Made by a program: the position numbers and the translations under genes
The notes under the pieces: generated by a model
Database searches by the model: none
Seen by the model: the letters and a program-made list of their open reading frames with translations, nothing else
What the model was told of the DNA's origin: nothing
NCBI RefSeq assembly: GCF_006345805.1
Contig: NC_042998.1
Span: forward strand, 146,568,001-146,632,000
Origin: Octopus sinensis
Lineage: Eukaryota
Direction: 5' to 3'
DNA: 64,000 nucleotides
Shown here: positions 51,591 to 64,000 of the stretch, piece by piece
Numbering within the stretch: position 1 is the first letter of the stretch
How the letters are laid out: every line of letters starts with the position of its first letter

Positions 51591-52325
51591 ATTTTTTTTT
51601 CCCAAAATCTTGTTGTGTAGGTTATTAAATGAATGTTTCAAACAGCCCCTGTATCTTGCTTGCTAGATATACTCTAGTTTAGTCTGTCCTGTCTGGGATG
51701 AGCGTAATGGTGCAAATGACACAAAATAGCTAAACATATTTCATGACTGGCTTGAAAGGATAAAATACAGTCAAAGTAAGCTTATTAGATCTAATCAAAT
51801 AGATTCAGATTTTATAAATGTGTTACGTAAAAAAAAAACAGACATCACCACCACCACCACCTCTGCCACTATCATTATTATCATCATCATCACTATAAAA
51901 CTTCATTTCTTAGCATAAAGCTGCCTCTCTACTGTAGCATCATTCAGGCAAAGGGGATCTTAGCCTTGCAAGCTTGATGGCAACCTCATTAGTAAAAACG
52001 AAAAGGCATCCAGTACATACTGTAAAGTGGTTGGCATTTAGAGGGCACTTAGCCATAAAGAAAACATGCCAAAGCAGACATTGCAGTACAAAGGCATCCT
52101 TGGACCCCCTTGGCTCCTGTCAAACTATTCAGCTTATGCTCCTATGGAACATGGACATTAAATGATGAGGATGATAAACTTATTGGATTTATGCTTTTAT
52201 TTTAATCAAGTTTTGCTAGTTAAAAAAAAAGAGAAATCAAGAATAAAAATTAAACATTTAAGCAAAGAGAATGTATTTGTGACATTAGTCATTAGATGTT
52301 GTAAAACTATGATTGATTTGCTTAC

Positions 52326-52403
52326 CTCATGACCAAGCCAGTTCTCAATAGGAGGTTCGAGTGGAAGCATAGTAGACTCAGCTTTAAGATCAGTCAATAC
52401 ATC
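52326..52403 (-). CDS. DAGLA: DAGLA coding exon, phase 0-0
   Basis: tctctag / gtaagc; 78 nt; DVLTDLKAESTMLPLEPPIENWLGHE. Confidence 0.93.
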
Positions 52404-53201
52404 CTAGAGATAATAAAGAAGATGCAGTAGAATAATAATTTCAAACCTTAAATATCACAAGTAGCATTTAAGATTGTTACTAAATACAACAAAGCTGGAC
52501 AACATAATTTATAATAATATTGACATTATTGTATATTTGAAGGTACATGGTCTAGTGGTCAGGATGTTGTACTTACAATCACATCATGGTTTTGATTCCA
52601 GACTAGGTTGTGAAATGTTACGGAGATGTACTTGCATAGCAAGTGACCTGATCTGAGATCGTGTGCTGGAGCGAAAACAATTGCATCGTGGAAGGTGTTG
52701 TTGTGAAATGTGTTCTTGAGCAAAACACTTCATTTCATGTTACTCCGATCCACTCAACTATAAACAAGTAACCCTAAGATGGACTGGCATCCTAGTTAAG
52801 AATAAATGTTGTGATCTTGGTCACTTATATGCTGTAGAAACCAGGTATCTGAGTCCATTAGTCCTAGGACTCAAGACAGTAATATTCAGGGGTTGATGAG
52901 GATTAGGTATATTTAAAAGCTTAATGAAATAATAATAATAAAAAAAAAGACAATTTTTTCATTTATTCTTTTTCAGAAAATATATTTTTGTCAGCTGGAA
53001 GGAACATCCTTGCCAATAAACATATAAACACAATGATCGAGATTATTATTTAATTCCATAATTAGTCTTTTGTAAACTTTACTCGAGCCAGCAAAAAACT
53101 AAAATTCACTATTTATTTACTTATAAACTCTGGTTATGTCTCTCTCACTCCTTTATATTATATTAATGATTTCCTTGCTCTCACTTCTAATCATAAGTTG
53201 A

Positions 53202-54083
53202 AGTTTGTGTGAAAAACATGAAGAGGTACACAGAGTGGTGAAGATGAATAAATTAATTTAACTAATTCAGAACAGTAGAAATTATCGTAAGAGTGGTAGA
53301 AAAGACAGAGAGAAGAAACAGTAGATCTTTGGGACTAGTAGGTTGGTGTGTGAGTTTTTTGCCAATCTGCTTGATGGAATTTTATATGCAGTATTGAACA
53401 TTTGTGAGTGCATCAATAGCAACACTGCTCCATAAATGTGAGCAGTTCTCTTATGTGGGTTGCTTTTGAGCTTTGTGGAATGCCTGTAACTAATCCATGA
53501 TCAATGCAGATAATGCTGTCAATCCTTCCTCCTATCAACCTCATTATTTCACACAAGTGTCCTGTACATGCAATCAACATATCTCACATCACATTTACAC
53601 TCATTTGATAAGCAAATATTTTGAAGTTCTACTCTATAATGAAGCTATGACACTGCAATCTCATAGGTTATCATGTTACCTCATCTAACATTACACAGTA
53701 AAAGATTTAGGCCTTAAAAGCTCTGACAATGATTTCACATATATAATACTGTTAAAACTAGTTCTCTTCAGGGTCAGAAAAATATCTTATTCTGGATCAG
53801 TTACAAACATTCCACGAAGCTCAAAAGCAACCCACATAAGAGAATTGCTCACATTTATGGAACAGTGCTACAGCAGATGCACTCACAAATATTCTACACA
53901 GCATATAAAATTACATCAGGTAGATTGGCAAAAAACTAACACACCAGCTTACTAGTTCCAAAGGTGTACTATTTCTTTTCCCTGTCTCCTTTACTACTAT
54001 AACAATTATTTCTAATATTCTGAATTAGTAAAATTAATTCATTCAATGAGTTCACCACTGTTTCACTTCTCAAACCACAAACT
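53202..54083. repeat. Fold-back element: arms of about 295 bp (53202-53497 and 53793-54083), spacer about 295 bp
   Basis: e.g. ctccataaatgtgagcagttctcttatgtgggttgcttttgagctttgtggaatg vs cattccacgaagctcaaaagcaacccacataagagaattgctcacatttatggaa. Confidence 0.88.
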
Positions 54084-55336
54084 AAATGTTGTTCAATCCT
54101 TTCTTCCATGAACAGTAGCTACTTGGAAACCTCTACTCGCATTTTTTATACAAGTTTCAACTTAAATATCAACATGTTCAAGTTTAGCACTTACTACTCT
54201 GACCTCCAAGTTTGCAAAGGTCTGGAAAAGAACTGGGGTTTTCCTCTTTCTTTGATAATATAACATTCAGAATATTTCAGAGTTGTACATGTCGGGCAAA
54301 TGGCTTGATCTGAGAGCTTGAGTTGAAACTAAAACAACTATATTGTGAGTCATTCTAACCATTTAATAGCCCACATCATCCTTTAATGTACTTGTTCCAC
54401 ACTGGCATGGGTTAAATGATTTGATAGGATCTGGTGGGTCCAAGTACTACATCATACACAACTGTCTGCTTTGGCATTGTTACTATGGCTGGATGCCTAT
54501 CCCAACACCAACCACTTTACAGTGTACTGAGAGCATTTTTCATGCTGCCAGCACTAGTCAGGTCACCATGGAACTCGAAAGACTATGAGCCCCGAGAGAA
54601 GTTCATAGTCTTACAAGGCTCATGCTAGGAGAGGAGGGGTTAGGTATGAGAGAAGGGGCCAGAGCAGAATATGTTTCTTGCTGTAGAGAGGTTATATGGC
54701 TACTCACATCTTAACTTTGAATTTGTTTTGATTTCATGAGGCGTCATCATCATTTTGTTGTACTACCAGGGTCTTGTTGCAGACACAGTTCCAATGCATA
54801 TCAGTGGAATTGTGTCAGTGACCAGATCACAGTAGTGGAACAAAAATTTTGACATCTCAAGAAATAAGTATCAATTTAAAGCTTTGTTTGTGTTATAAAA
54901 TGGTTCTTCCACCACAATGTAGTTTATTCATCTATTCTTATCTGAAGATCATAAATTTGCAATTACAGCCAAGGTCTAAAATGAAATAAAATCTGCTGGT
55001 GATGTTTATTTTGTCTGTGGCTTATCCCTAACAACTGAACATTAACACATCAAACTTACTCATTTCTTACATCAATTCACAGTCAGAAATTTATGGTGAG
55101 CACAGTATAGTGGATTGAATTAATCCTAGTACACAACTGGTACTTAGGTTATCAACCTCCAGAGAGATAAAAATGAAAATCAACTGTAGCATGATTTGAA
55201 CTCTGGTCTATTACTACTCTGTCAATTCACTACTATTTTTCAAAAATTAATATTAACAGCACTAATATTGCCCAATTTCCCCCTCCTTTGAGAGAAAAGT
55301 TGGGCAACAGCAGCAACAAATATAAAAGCAGCTTAC

Positions 55337-55420
55337 CTGTAAAGATAATGTTCCTCTCACACAAACAATTACTTTCTTCTGTTTATGATCAACAGCAACA
55401 TAAAATGGTGTTTTTCCAAT
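55337..55420 (-). CDS. DAGLA: DAGLA coding exon, phase 0-0
   Basis: ttttctag / gtaagc; 84 nt; IGKTPFYVAVDHKQKKVIVCVRGTLSLQ; lipase class 3 RGT motif. Confidence 0.95.
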
Positions 55421-55559
55421 CTAGAAAACAGAAATTACTTAGAAAAAAATATCTTTAAAAAAAGCCCAGAGGACTTTTTAAAATTTACAAGAAGAAATGA
55501 GTTATAAAATCTAGAACTCATTTTAGTTAACAATAATTATTTAAAAACTATTAAATATT

Positions 55560-56035
55560 ATAAAGTCTTAGCTGTGATAACAAACTATATAAAAATGTAA
55601 ATACATTGTTTCTGTGCATTTGATGTGCAGAAAAGATAGGTGGGGTAAGTCTCCTGATGGATTGCTTTATGATTTGTTGATATCTCCTCAGAGAATATGC
55701 ACCCAAACTCTTACCCCAATTAATGGTTTGGAGTATTTAGCTGTTATATAAAGTTACTTTAATATGGTAGATATCTTGAAAATTTGTGCTTTAGATAGCA
55801 TGCCATTAAGTAAATAATATATTTTTTATAAACATTACAATATATATCGGAAGTACTGAAATAAATTTAAATATAAAGCTTTGGCTGTGATACTGATCTG
55901 TAAGAATGTAAACACATTCCTTCTATGCATTTGATGTGTAGAAAAAAGAGGTTGGAGAGTTTCCTGATGGACTGTTTTATGATTTGTTGATCTCTGCTAA
56001 GAGAATATGTACCCAATCTATTTTCCTAATCAACT
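55560..56035. repeat. Diverged tandem duplication, period about 310 bp, between two DAGLA exons
   Basis: tgcatttgatgtg...cctgatgga...tttatgatttgttgat...gagaatatg.accca occurs at about 55610 and about 55925. Confidence 0.75.
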
Positions 56036-56218
56036 AGAGAATATCTACAAATCTTTTCAGGAGAATATTTGAAATTTAACATTTAATGCCAATAATCTTG
56101 ACTTACTTGACAACTGAATGAATTACAAGACTTTGAAAAAGCAATACAGGAGGATGAGAAAAAAATGACGGGAAATATTTTTAAGCAGAGAAGTAGGGTT
56201 TTAATCAACTCAACTTAC

Positions 56219-56363
56219 ATCTACGTGATATGTGACATATATGATGTCAGTATCTGAGAGGCCACTGAGTTTCTTCATAGCAGCAAAATTACATTCACAA
56301 CAGTTATCTTCAACAACAGTAGAGTAAGTTTGGTGTTTTACACAACTTTTACAACAGCAACAA
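56219..56363 (-). CDS. DAGLA: DAGLA coding exon, phase 2-0 (cysteine-rich insert)
   Basis: attttag / gtaagt; 145 nt; (S)CCCCKSCVKHQTYSTVVEDNCCECNFAAMKKLSGLSDTDIIYVTYHVD; EDNCCxCN is characteristic of DAGLA rather than DAGLB. Confidence 0.92.
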
Positions 56364-57173
56364 CTAAAATCAGACAATAAGATAGAATATGTATGAATAA
56401 GTATTCATGTGTATATGTTTATATATGCTGTGTGTGTATCTGTGCATTTACATGAGGACATGTATAAGACAAAACAATGTTCCTTTTTACATTTATATGG
56501 AATTGATATGAATAAAGGTGTTTTGTACAAAACTGATAAAGTTAAATGAAATTAGATACAATTAAGATTAATGATTCTTAATTAGTAAGCAAATGATATT
56601 ATCTAATGATTTAACTTTGCATTTTCTTGAAATAGTACACATCCACATCCAGCCACTTACACATTTCAGATGCTGTTAAGTAGATAACAGCACATGCAGT
56701 TTTACTTTGAAGATTATGAGTTGCTTAACTGGCTCAATAGAATTAACAAATAAGTTATGGTTATTTAATTGACATAACTAACATTAAAGGTAGATCATTA
56801 TGGCTGCTGTTATAAGAGATGATGGTAATAGTTCTAAGAACTACGTGTTCTATTAGAAACAAAGCAGGGCGCTTTTTCTCCCTTGATTCATATGACAGCT
56901 ATTAATTGGCAAGAAAAAAATGGTGTGATGCTGTATAATAAAACAGAGGCAATGGCTGCAGAGGATGTAAAGGGACTGCTGAAGAATGAAATGGAGATGA
57001 TTATATGAATATGCAATATTTATCTTATTAGCATAGTAGTATATTAGTAGTTTTTATAATGGTTACTTAGAAGCTTTCAAGAAGTTCAATGGATATCATG
57101 AAGTAAGATAAAATTGGCCATTCAGAAATAAACAGTTTGTTTCTTCTTGTTTTATATTATATTGCTTTTGATA

Positions 57174-57320
57174 TCATCATCATCATCATCATCATTTAAC
57201 GTCCGCTTTCCATGCTAGCATGGGTTGGACGGTTCAACTGGGGTCTGGGGAGCCCGAAGGCTGCACCAGGCCAGTCAGATCTGGCACTGTTTCTACAGCT
57301 GGATGCCCTTCCTAACGCCA
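57174..57320 (-). mobile_element. RTE-type 3-prime tail copy (short SINE or truncated LINE, family 2)
   Basis: Closely matches RTE 3-prime end 18149-18300 (ccatgctagcatgggttggacggt...ggatgcccttcctaacgcca). Related tails at about 14040-14273, 27780-27900, 29690-29897, 42090-42296, 51985-52173, 54370-54560, 61617-61830, 62200-62411. Confidence 0.85.
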
Positions 57321-58061
57321 TGTATATATATATTTTCTATTATTCTTTCCAGTTATTGTTTTTATGATATACATTTATAGATGTTGAAATTATGTGAATT
57401 ATTTACATGGCATCATAAGACAGTGTAGTAATGGAGATGTACATGTTGATATACTAATCAGACTTTGTTTCAATTAATTTTGTGAATAATAAAAAATTTA
57501 AAAACAAAACAATATAATCATTGAAATGGTGTTTGGAACAAAAATTTACATGGAATTTTGCTGGAAGATTTCAGTTTGGATCATTCTAAAACACAGATTA
57601 TATAGAACCAGGGATGGTCTTAGGTGGATTGGTAATGGTAAATGTTGGACACCAACATTCAATATCCTTAGACTTATGACTATCTTATATCTTAGTACAG
57701 AATAGGGAACCTTGTTTAAGGATGTCTTAGGGTAAACAAATATGTGAAGCAGTCATGCATTATATGTAAGTTCATAAATATAAATAAAGCGCTTTTAGTT
57801 CTAACACAATTAAATTAAAATGTTAATGTAGAATTCGTATATAAATACACTCAGTTTTATTGCAGCAAAGACATTTGAGCAAACAGGCCATTCATCAAAG
57901 CATTCATCTATGTAAACATTAATTAATATGTAGCTAATAAGATTGTTCACATACTTAATTCTTAATGTAAACACATATTCATAGCAATCCAAACTGCATG
58001 GACTTCAATTGAATTAAGTGGGTAAAGAAAAATATATATGAAGTGGGAAGACAAAAGAGAG

Positions 58062-58123
<62 letters not shown>

Positions 58124-58309
58124 AAGAGTGACTTAATTATAAATGTGGTTCAATAACTGTTTATCTCACTTGATTATTAGTAGAATGGAGATAATAAAAA
58201 TACATCTCATCAACCAAATCAGATTTCAAATCCTAGTTGCAGCTATTCCATGTTGCTTCATTAATGTTAGTGGAAAAAGAATAAACGTCACAACATTTCA
58301 TTTTGTTCC

Positions 58310-58710
58310 GTATGGTTGTTTGTGTGGTTAAGAAGCTCACTTTGCAATTATGTAGTTTTGGATTAAGTTTCACTGTGTGGAACCTTGGGTAAGTGTCTTC
58401 TACTACAGCCCCAGTCTGACCAATGCCTTGTTAGTGAAAAATGTGAGGAAGTTCATCATGTGTGTGTGAGTGCACGTGTGTGTGTGTATGCATGAGTGTG
58501 CATTGTGTGTGTGTGTTTGTCTGACTGTCTCCCAACCACAGCACGACAAGTTGTGTTGGTTTGTTTACATTCCCATAACTTTGTGGCTTAGCAAAAGAGA
58601 CCAACAGAATAAGTACCAGACTTAAAAAATAAGCACTGGAGTCAATTTGTTCAGCAAAAACCTTTCAAGGTAGTACCCCAGCATGGCCACAATCCAATGA
58701 TTTTAAATAA
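58310..58710 (+). mobile_element. Family 1 SINE, diverged
   Basis: Head gtgtggttaagaagct, body, tail ccccagcatggccacaatccaatga. Confidence 0.75.
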
Positions 58711-58775
58711 GATAAAAGAAGTCAATATTTAATAGTGATTAAGACAGTGAAATGGTAATACAAATTATAACTTAC

Positions 58776-58978
58776 GACAAATAAGGTACGAGACTACATA
58801 ATCCAGTGGCATTGTTCATCATCATATAAGCAGGCCAACCATAGGCAGCCAATGCATATTCCATATAATGGATAATTAGTTTGTACTCCTCCATAACATC
58901 AGGGTCATTTAATTGGAGAAAGTGGGTCTTAGGAGTAATTGCTGCTCCTGATAAATATTGGTAAATATCATTGGTTTT
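58776..58978 (-). CDS. DAGLA: DAGLA coding exon, phase 0-2
   Basis: ttttcag / gtaagt; 203 nt; KTNDIYQYLSGAAITPKTHFLQLNDPDVMEEYKLIIHYMEYALAAYGWPAYMMMNNATGLCSLVPYL+TC; ALAAYGWP motif of DAG lipases. Confidence 0.95.
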
Positions 58979-60718
58979 CTGAAAAGAGCAAGTCAAACAG
59001 AATGTTAATTGAAAAATTATTTTCACAATAGACTTTATTTTTAATATCCTTATAATTTATTGTTGTTATGTATGGCATTTAATATTAATATATTTGAAAT
59101 AGAGATATTTAACTCTTAAAGACCTGTAATGCTTTCCCTATATAAATATTTCAATCATGCTAGAAATTAAAGGTTTTGTGTGAAATGCAGTCAGTCCAAT
59201 ATAAAAATCATAAAAATATTAATATTGCATGAAAGCTAATTGAAAATTATTATTGGTGTACATTTTGAATGTGCCTTTTATCTGTTGTTGATTTTAACCT
59301 GTTGTCATGACACTTTCACCTACCCAAATAGGCTGAAAACAGCTAAGTTGATTACACATAAGTTTTTATGAAATATTGGTTCCCAGGCATTGATTTCATA
59401 ACTCAGAGCTGAATTTGTACTCCAGCTAGTCTCTGTAACTTAGGAGCTGTGCAACTCCCATTAGAAAAAGAATTTTAAGATATATTCTCATCTCCTCCAT
59501 TTAAAAGTTTTGTAAAACGCAACAAATTAGTATCATTTAGACTTAAAACAATAATTATGCTCTCCATGTGAACCCCCTAGTATGCAGAGAGTTTACCTTT
59601 AAAATATATCAGTAAGTTAATGTTTTTGTTTTTATCATTCCTTACCATTAACTAACAAAAGCATCAATGCAATATCAACTACATGATAATTCTACTGCTC
59701 ACAATCAATAAATCTTGATATCACTTAGATTGTTGGTGATACTTAAATATCACTTAAATTAATTTAACCAAGATCAAGATCTCCTTCTCAAATTAAACCA
59801 TTAATAAATTATGATAAATAAATCATTAATAAATAGCACCACTAACTGCCATTATGCTCAAAAATCTAACTGCCATTATGCTCAAAATTCAAATGAATAA
59901 AAACTCAGCAAAATTCACCCGATAAACCATGAAAAATGCACACAGGGCAAACAGAATATCTTTGACAGGAAACTCTTCTAAAATGAGAGTAAATTTTGTT
60001 TCTTTCAGTTTTTGACCCCAAACAACAATACTGTTACAACAGCAGTTATATATGGTGTAGAATTTGACAACTGTTGTGGGTATTTGCAGCATAAGACTTT
60101 AAGAGTTAAACTTTACCCTCAAAAATGACTAGTTAAGCAAAGTTAGTTTCAGTTTGGTAACTGAATAAATTATTATTAAGTAATTACTAAGTAATCTGGG
60201 AAAGTAGCTTGTCTGTAAGGGATAGTTACTATGATGTAAGCTTAAACTTTGTGGACAAGTTAATGTTATATTTAATGCAAGAAGCATTAGAAAGCAACTT
60301 AGAAAAAAGAAATTATGCAGGGAAAAAACAGGAATATTATCAATCAATGACTAATGCTATTTTATTTGTTCTTGTAAGAGTAGGAGACAACTCTGAACAT
60401 GTTTGGGTCTTGTAAGACTTTTTCAGCATTTAGACTTCTTTAACCTCGTTGAAGAAGCTTTGAATTGTTAAGTTGGCAATTTGAATTGTCAAGTGAAAAT
60501 TAGGGGAGACTTTCTACAGAATTGTTGCATCTCACAGGGTCACACTTTAAGGGAAAAACACAGGACAAAAACACAGTTTTTTTTTCTAATTTATAAATTA
60601 TAACTAAAACAATTATGTTAATTGGTATCAAAATATTTAAAATAAGTGAATATTATTGAATAGACATACAAAAAAAAAATACAAGATTGATTTCAAAAGA
60701 TGAGCTTAGAGCACATAC

Positions 60719-60853
60719 GTTAGCAACATGACTTCGCATTTGGAGCTTTTGATAACGTCTTAATAAAAGTAAGCCAGCAACCACATCAGAGGGAACTACA
60801 TCAAGCTCTCGGAAGAATTCAGTGAAGAGTTGGGCAACTTCAGATATGGAGTT
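60719..60853 (-). CDS. DAGLA: Diacylglycerol lipase alpha, internal coding exon (first found in window), phase 0-0
   Basis: ttttcag acceptor, 45 codons NSISEVAQLFTEFFRELDVVPSDVVAGLLLLRRYQKLQMRSHVAN, gtatgt donor. Matches the DAGLA segment FFRDLDIVPSDIIAGLVLLRQRQ as I recall it. Confidence 0.93.
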
Positions 60854-61262
60854 CTGAAAAAAGTAGGAAAAAAAACAATAAGATTAGATGATAAACGATT
60901 TATAAATCTAATAAATGCAGCTGAAATAGATGAGGTAGTTGGTATGATGGAATTTAATGATGAAGAATAACATCTTGTATCAGTTGATTTAATGATCTTA
61001 ATTGAAATTAAACATCAATAAATTTGGAGGAAATGTATTATATGTTTGAAATGTGGTAATGTAGCCACACAACTTCTATCAGATATAGCAGATATGTGTA
61101 AACATGGAATCATTTATCTTAGTAAAATAAAGATAAACTTTCTTAACAAAATTACAGTTTTATTCTTTAAAAAAATCAAACATTCCTTTGTAAGAATCAT
61201 ACAGAATTATACATTCACACATGCACAACATTTACACTCAGACATCAGTTGAATATATTATA

Positions 61263-61341
61263 CAGGTGTGGCAAAAAAAAACCCTCCCACATTTTACATG
61301 TTGCCAAATGTTTATGTGGGAGGTTTTTCTGTCACACTCCG
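61263..61341. mobile_element. 79-bp Tc1/mariner-type mini-MITE flanked by TA
   Basis: TA|caggtgtggcaaaaaaaaaccctcccaca...tgtgggaggtttttctgtcacactccg|TA; imperfect TIRs of about 28 bp. Confidence 0.65.
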
Positions 61342-63131
61342 TAGTAGTATTGCTGCAACCTGAGAAGTAGACTTAATCTATCACTTGTTTTAACATACTG
61401 TCAGGATTTTGGGTACATTTAATGGAGTCCCTTGTCTATTTAGTTATAAACATTCAGACCAGAACTGTAATTAAAGATATATCATGATATTTTGATGTGG
61501 AGGTACTCTAGTGTGCTGTAACAATCCATAAATCATATTTCCTTTTCTCCCATTAATCACAGTGGCCCTACAAATGTTTGTAACTGTTACTCTTTTTCCA
61601 ATGACAAGTAATAAAATCATCATCAACATTTAATGTCCGTCTTCCATGCTGGCATGGATTGGATGATTTGATAGGAGTTGACAAACCGGAGGGCTGCACC
61701 AGCCTCCTGTCGTCTGTTTTGGCATGGTTTCTATGGCTGGATGCCCTTCCTAACACCAGCCACTTTACAGAGTGCACTGAGTTCTTTTTATGTGTGCCTT
61801 CTAAATTGTGCCAATATGGGTGCTTTTTACATGGCACAAATTACAAATTAGAAATATTGTCATTTGATTAACAATGCTACTGTTAATCATGGCTTGAAAT
61901 TGATGTATAATTATCAGGAATTTGTTTCATAAAGTTTCTTATATAAGGAAAATAAATTTTTTAAACATCATATTGCTTCCCATAAAACTCTGGGAACCCC
62001 ACCCCCACCCAAGTATATATCTAATTCCTTTATTCCAACTCAACTCATACCTTGAGGAGCCACTTAGACATTGCATCACCATTATTTAGCTCCTCTACAA
62101 CCAGAATCTGCTCTGCTTGTTCCCCCTTCTCTCATACTTTAGCCCCTCATCTCCAAGCATAAAGACCCACACACACATGTACATTTCCAATTTCATAGTT
62201 TTGCAAACTGCATGGCAACCTCTCAGGTGCTGGTGGTTTTAAAAAGCACCCTATACATACTGTAAAGTGGTTGACATTAGAAAGGGCATTCAGTAGAAAC
62301 CATGCCAAAGCAGACATTGGAGCACTATGCAGTCCTTGGATTCATTAGATCTCATCAAACTGTCCAACACATGCCAGCATGGAATATGGACGTTAAATGA
62401 TGATGATGATGATAAAATAGAACTTATGAACACATAAATGGTATAGAAATAATGGTGTAATTGCACTGGATGTAAAAAGGAGCAGTTTGGTGCAACACAA
62501 ATCAAACATATTGAATAGTATCTATGACAGTAATATTAAAGTTGGTGAGCTGGCAGAATTGTTAGCATGCTGGGCAAAATGCTTAGCAGTATTTCATCTG
62601 CCATTATGTTCTGAGTTGAAATTCCATCGAGGTCGACTTTGCCTTTCATCCTTACAGGGTCGATGTAATTGACTTAATCCCTCTGTCTGCCCTTGTTTGT
62701 CCCCTCTGTTTAGCCCCCTATGAGCAATAAGGAAATAAATATTAGAACAAAGAAAAAAATTCCCCTAAAAAATCAGGTAATATAGAGCATAATTTGAATT
62801 GATCCTAATTTAGCTGGAAAGTTTTCATGATACATGTTGCTAAACATTTCTTTTGTATCTATTATTCTTTGTTAATTTGAGCAGACACAATGTCTTGATA
62901 GTATTCCATCAACATCTGCATAGAGTTGATATTCATTTTATTGAAAAGTACCAATAATTGAAATCTGTTTTAGCATAACTAAGTTAAGGTGTTTTAAAAT
63001 AGTAAAATCTTATTTAGATTCAATTCCCAATAATGTAAGCATTTCAGAAGATTTTTCAGAGAAGCATGCAATAATGTAATAAAATTAAATATTCTCTAAT
63101 TCTGTCACATGTTATAAACAATACTAATGTT

Positions 63132-63596
63132 CATTATTTACATTATTTACATTTGATGGATATTTGTCCTCATCTTGTTTGTTGTTAACACAATGTTTTG
63201 GTTGATATACCCTCCAGCCTTCATCAGGTGTCGTGGGGGAAATTTTGAACCTGTGTTCTCATTCCTAAGGTATTTTTCAATGTTATTATTATTATTATTA
63301 TTATTATCCAGGTCACTGCTTGAAATCAAACTTTGAATCTTGGAGTTAGTAGTCTGCGCTCTTAACCACTACATCATATGCCTGTGGGTGGCAGTGACCT
63401 GAATAATAATAATAATAACAATAACATTGAAGAATACCTTAGGAATGAGAACCCAGGTTCGAAATTTCCCCAAGAAACCTAATGAAGGTTGGAGGGTATA
63501 TCAGCCAAAATGTGTTAACAACAAACCAGATGAGGACAAATATCCGTCAAATGTAAATAATGTACATAATTCCTCATCTCTTAAATATAGAACTGT
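63132..63596. mobile_element. Palindromic twin tRNA-head / hammerhead retroelement, copy C (opposite polarity)
   Basis: Junction gcctgtgggt; intact head on the left (minus) arm, tail on the right arm; decayed HHRs at 63187-63232 (-) and about 63474-63516 (+); perfect 12-bp TSD aatactaatgtt (63120-63131 and 63597-63608). Confidence 0.88.
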
Positions 63597-64000
63597 AATA
63601 CTAATGTTTACTACAGAAAATAAAGCATGCTGTATATCATATCCATGTATATCTAATTTTGCTTTTTCCTGAAAAGATATTTTGTATTAAAGATTCATAT
63701 TTATTCAGGTTCTCTCTGAAAGTTGAGTTTAAAGTAGAAATATTTTTAATAATAATGATGACGATGATGATGTTGATGATAATCCTTTCAACTATAGGTA
63801 CAAGACTTGAAGTTTTGGTGGAGAGGCTAGTCAATTACATCAGTCCCAATACTCAACTGGTACTTATTTCATCAAACTGAAAAAACGAAAGGCAAAGTTG
63901 ACCTCAGCGGAATTTGAACTTAGAATGTAAAGCCGGAAGAATGTTGCAAAGTATTTTGTTCAGTGCAGTTATGACTCTGCCAGCTCACTACCTTTATAAT

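Noticed and set aside
55560-56035. Tandem C/D-box snoRNAs
   Set aside because: Boxes are non-canonical (TGATGT, CTAA/CTCA) and on the strand opposite the host gene.
59889-60415. Short ORFs as a nested gene or transposon accessory protein
   Set aside because: Only vague similarity; no motif, splice pattern or continuity that I can support.
63525-63555. A second hammerhead in the tail region (GATGA-GGAC...GTC-AAA)
   Set aside because: Lacks C3/U4 and G12 in every copy; better explained as one strand of the 3-prime stem-loop.

Overview
AT-rich, microsatellite-laden animal genomic DNA, most likely an octopus or other coleoid cephalopod (inferred from the tRNA-derived SINE families and repeat landscape). 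The only host gene I can support is diacylglycerol lipase alpha (DAGLA) on the minus strand. It has nine GT-AG exons between 60853 and 15835 that join into one frame covering the lipase core (GHSLG serine, GKDIVPR aspartate); the N- and C-terminal exons were not found in the window. The introns are filled with mobile DNA: a near full-length RTE LINE with a PHD-like finger inside its RT, three Penelope-like (RT plus GIY-YIG) relics, an internally deleted Gypsy element, DD36E and DD37D Tc1/mariner relics, Helitron, R4/Dong-like and CR1-like fragments, and many SINEs. The most unusual signal is a set of palindromic elements carrying hammerhead ribozyme (HHR) motifs. Three independent copies (15273-15718, 27933-28418, 63132-63596) share one design: two divergent tRNA-derived Pol III heads, an HHR motif in each arm, a 32-nt tail on one arm only, and a 12-bp target-site duplication. 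A second, unrelated 473-bp near-perfect palindrome (24332-24804) carries a different HHR with an intact core in each arm. All folds and homologies were read by eye; no searches or folding programs were run.
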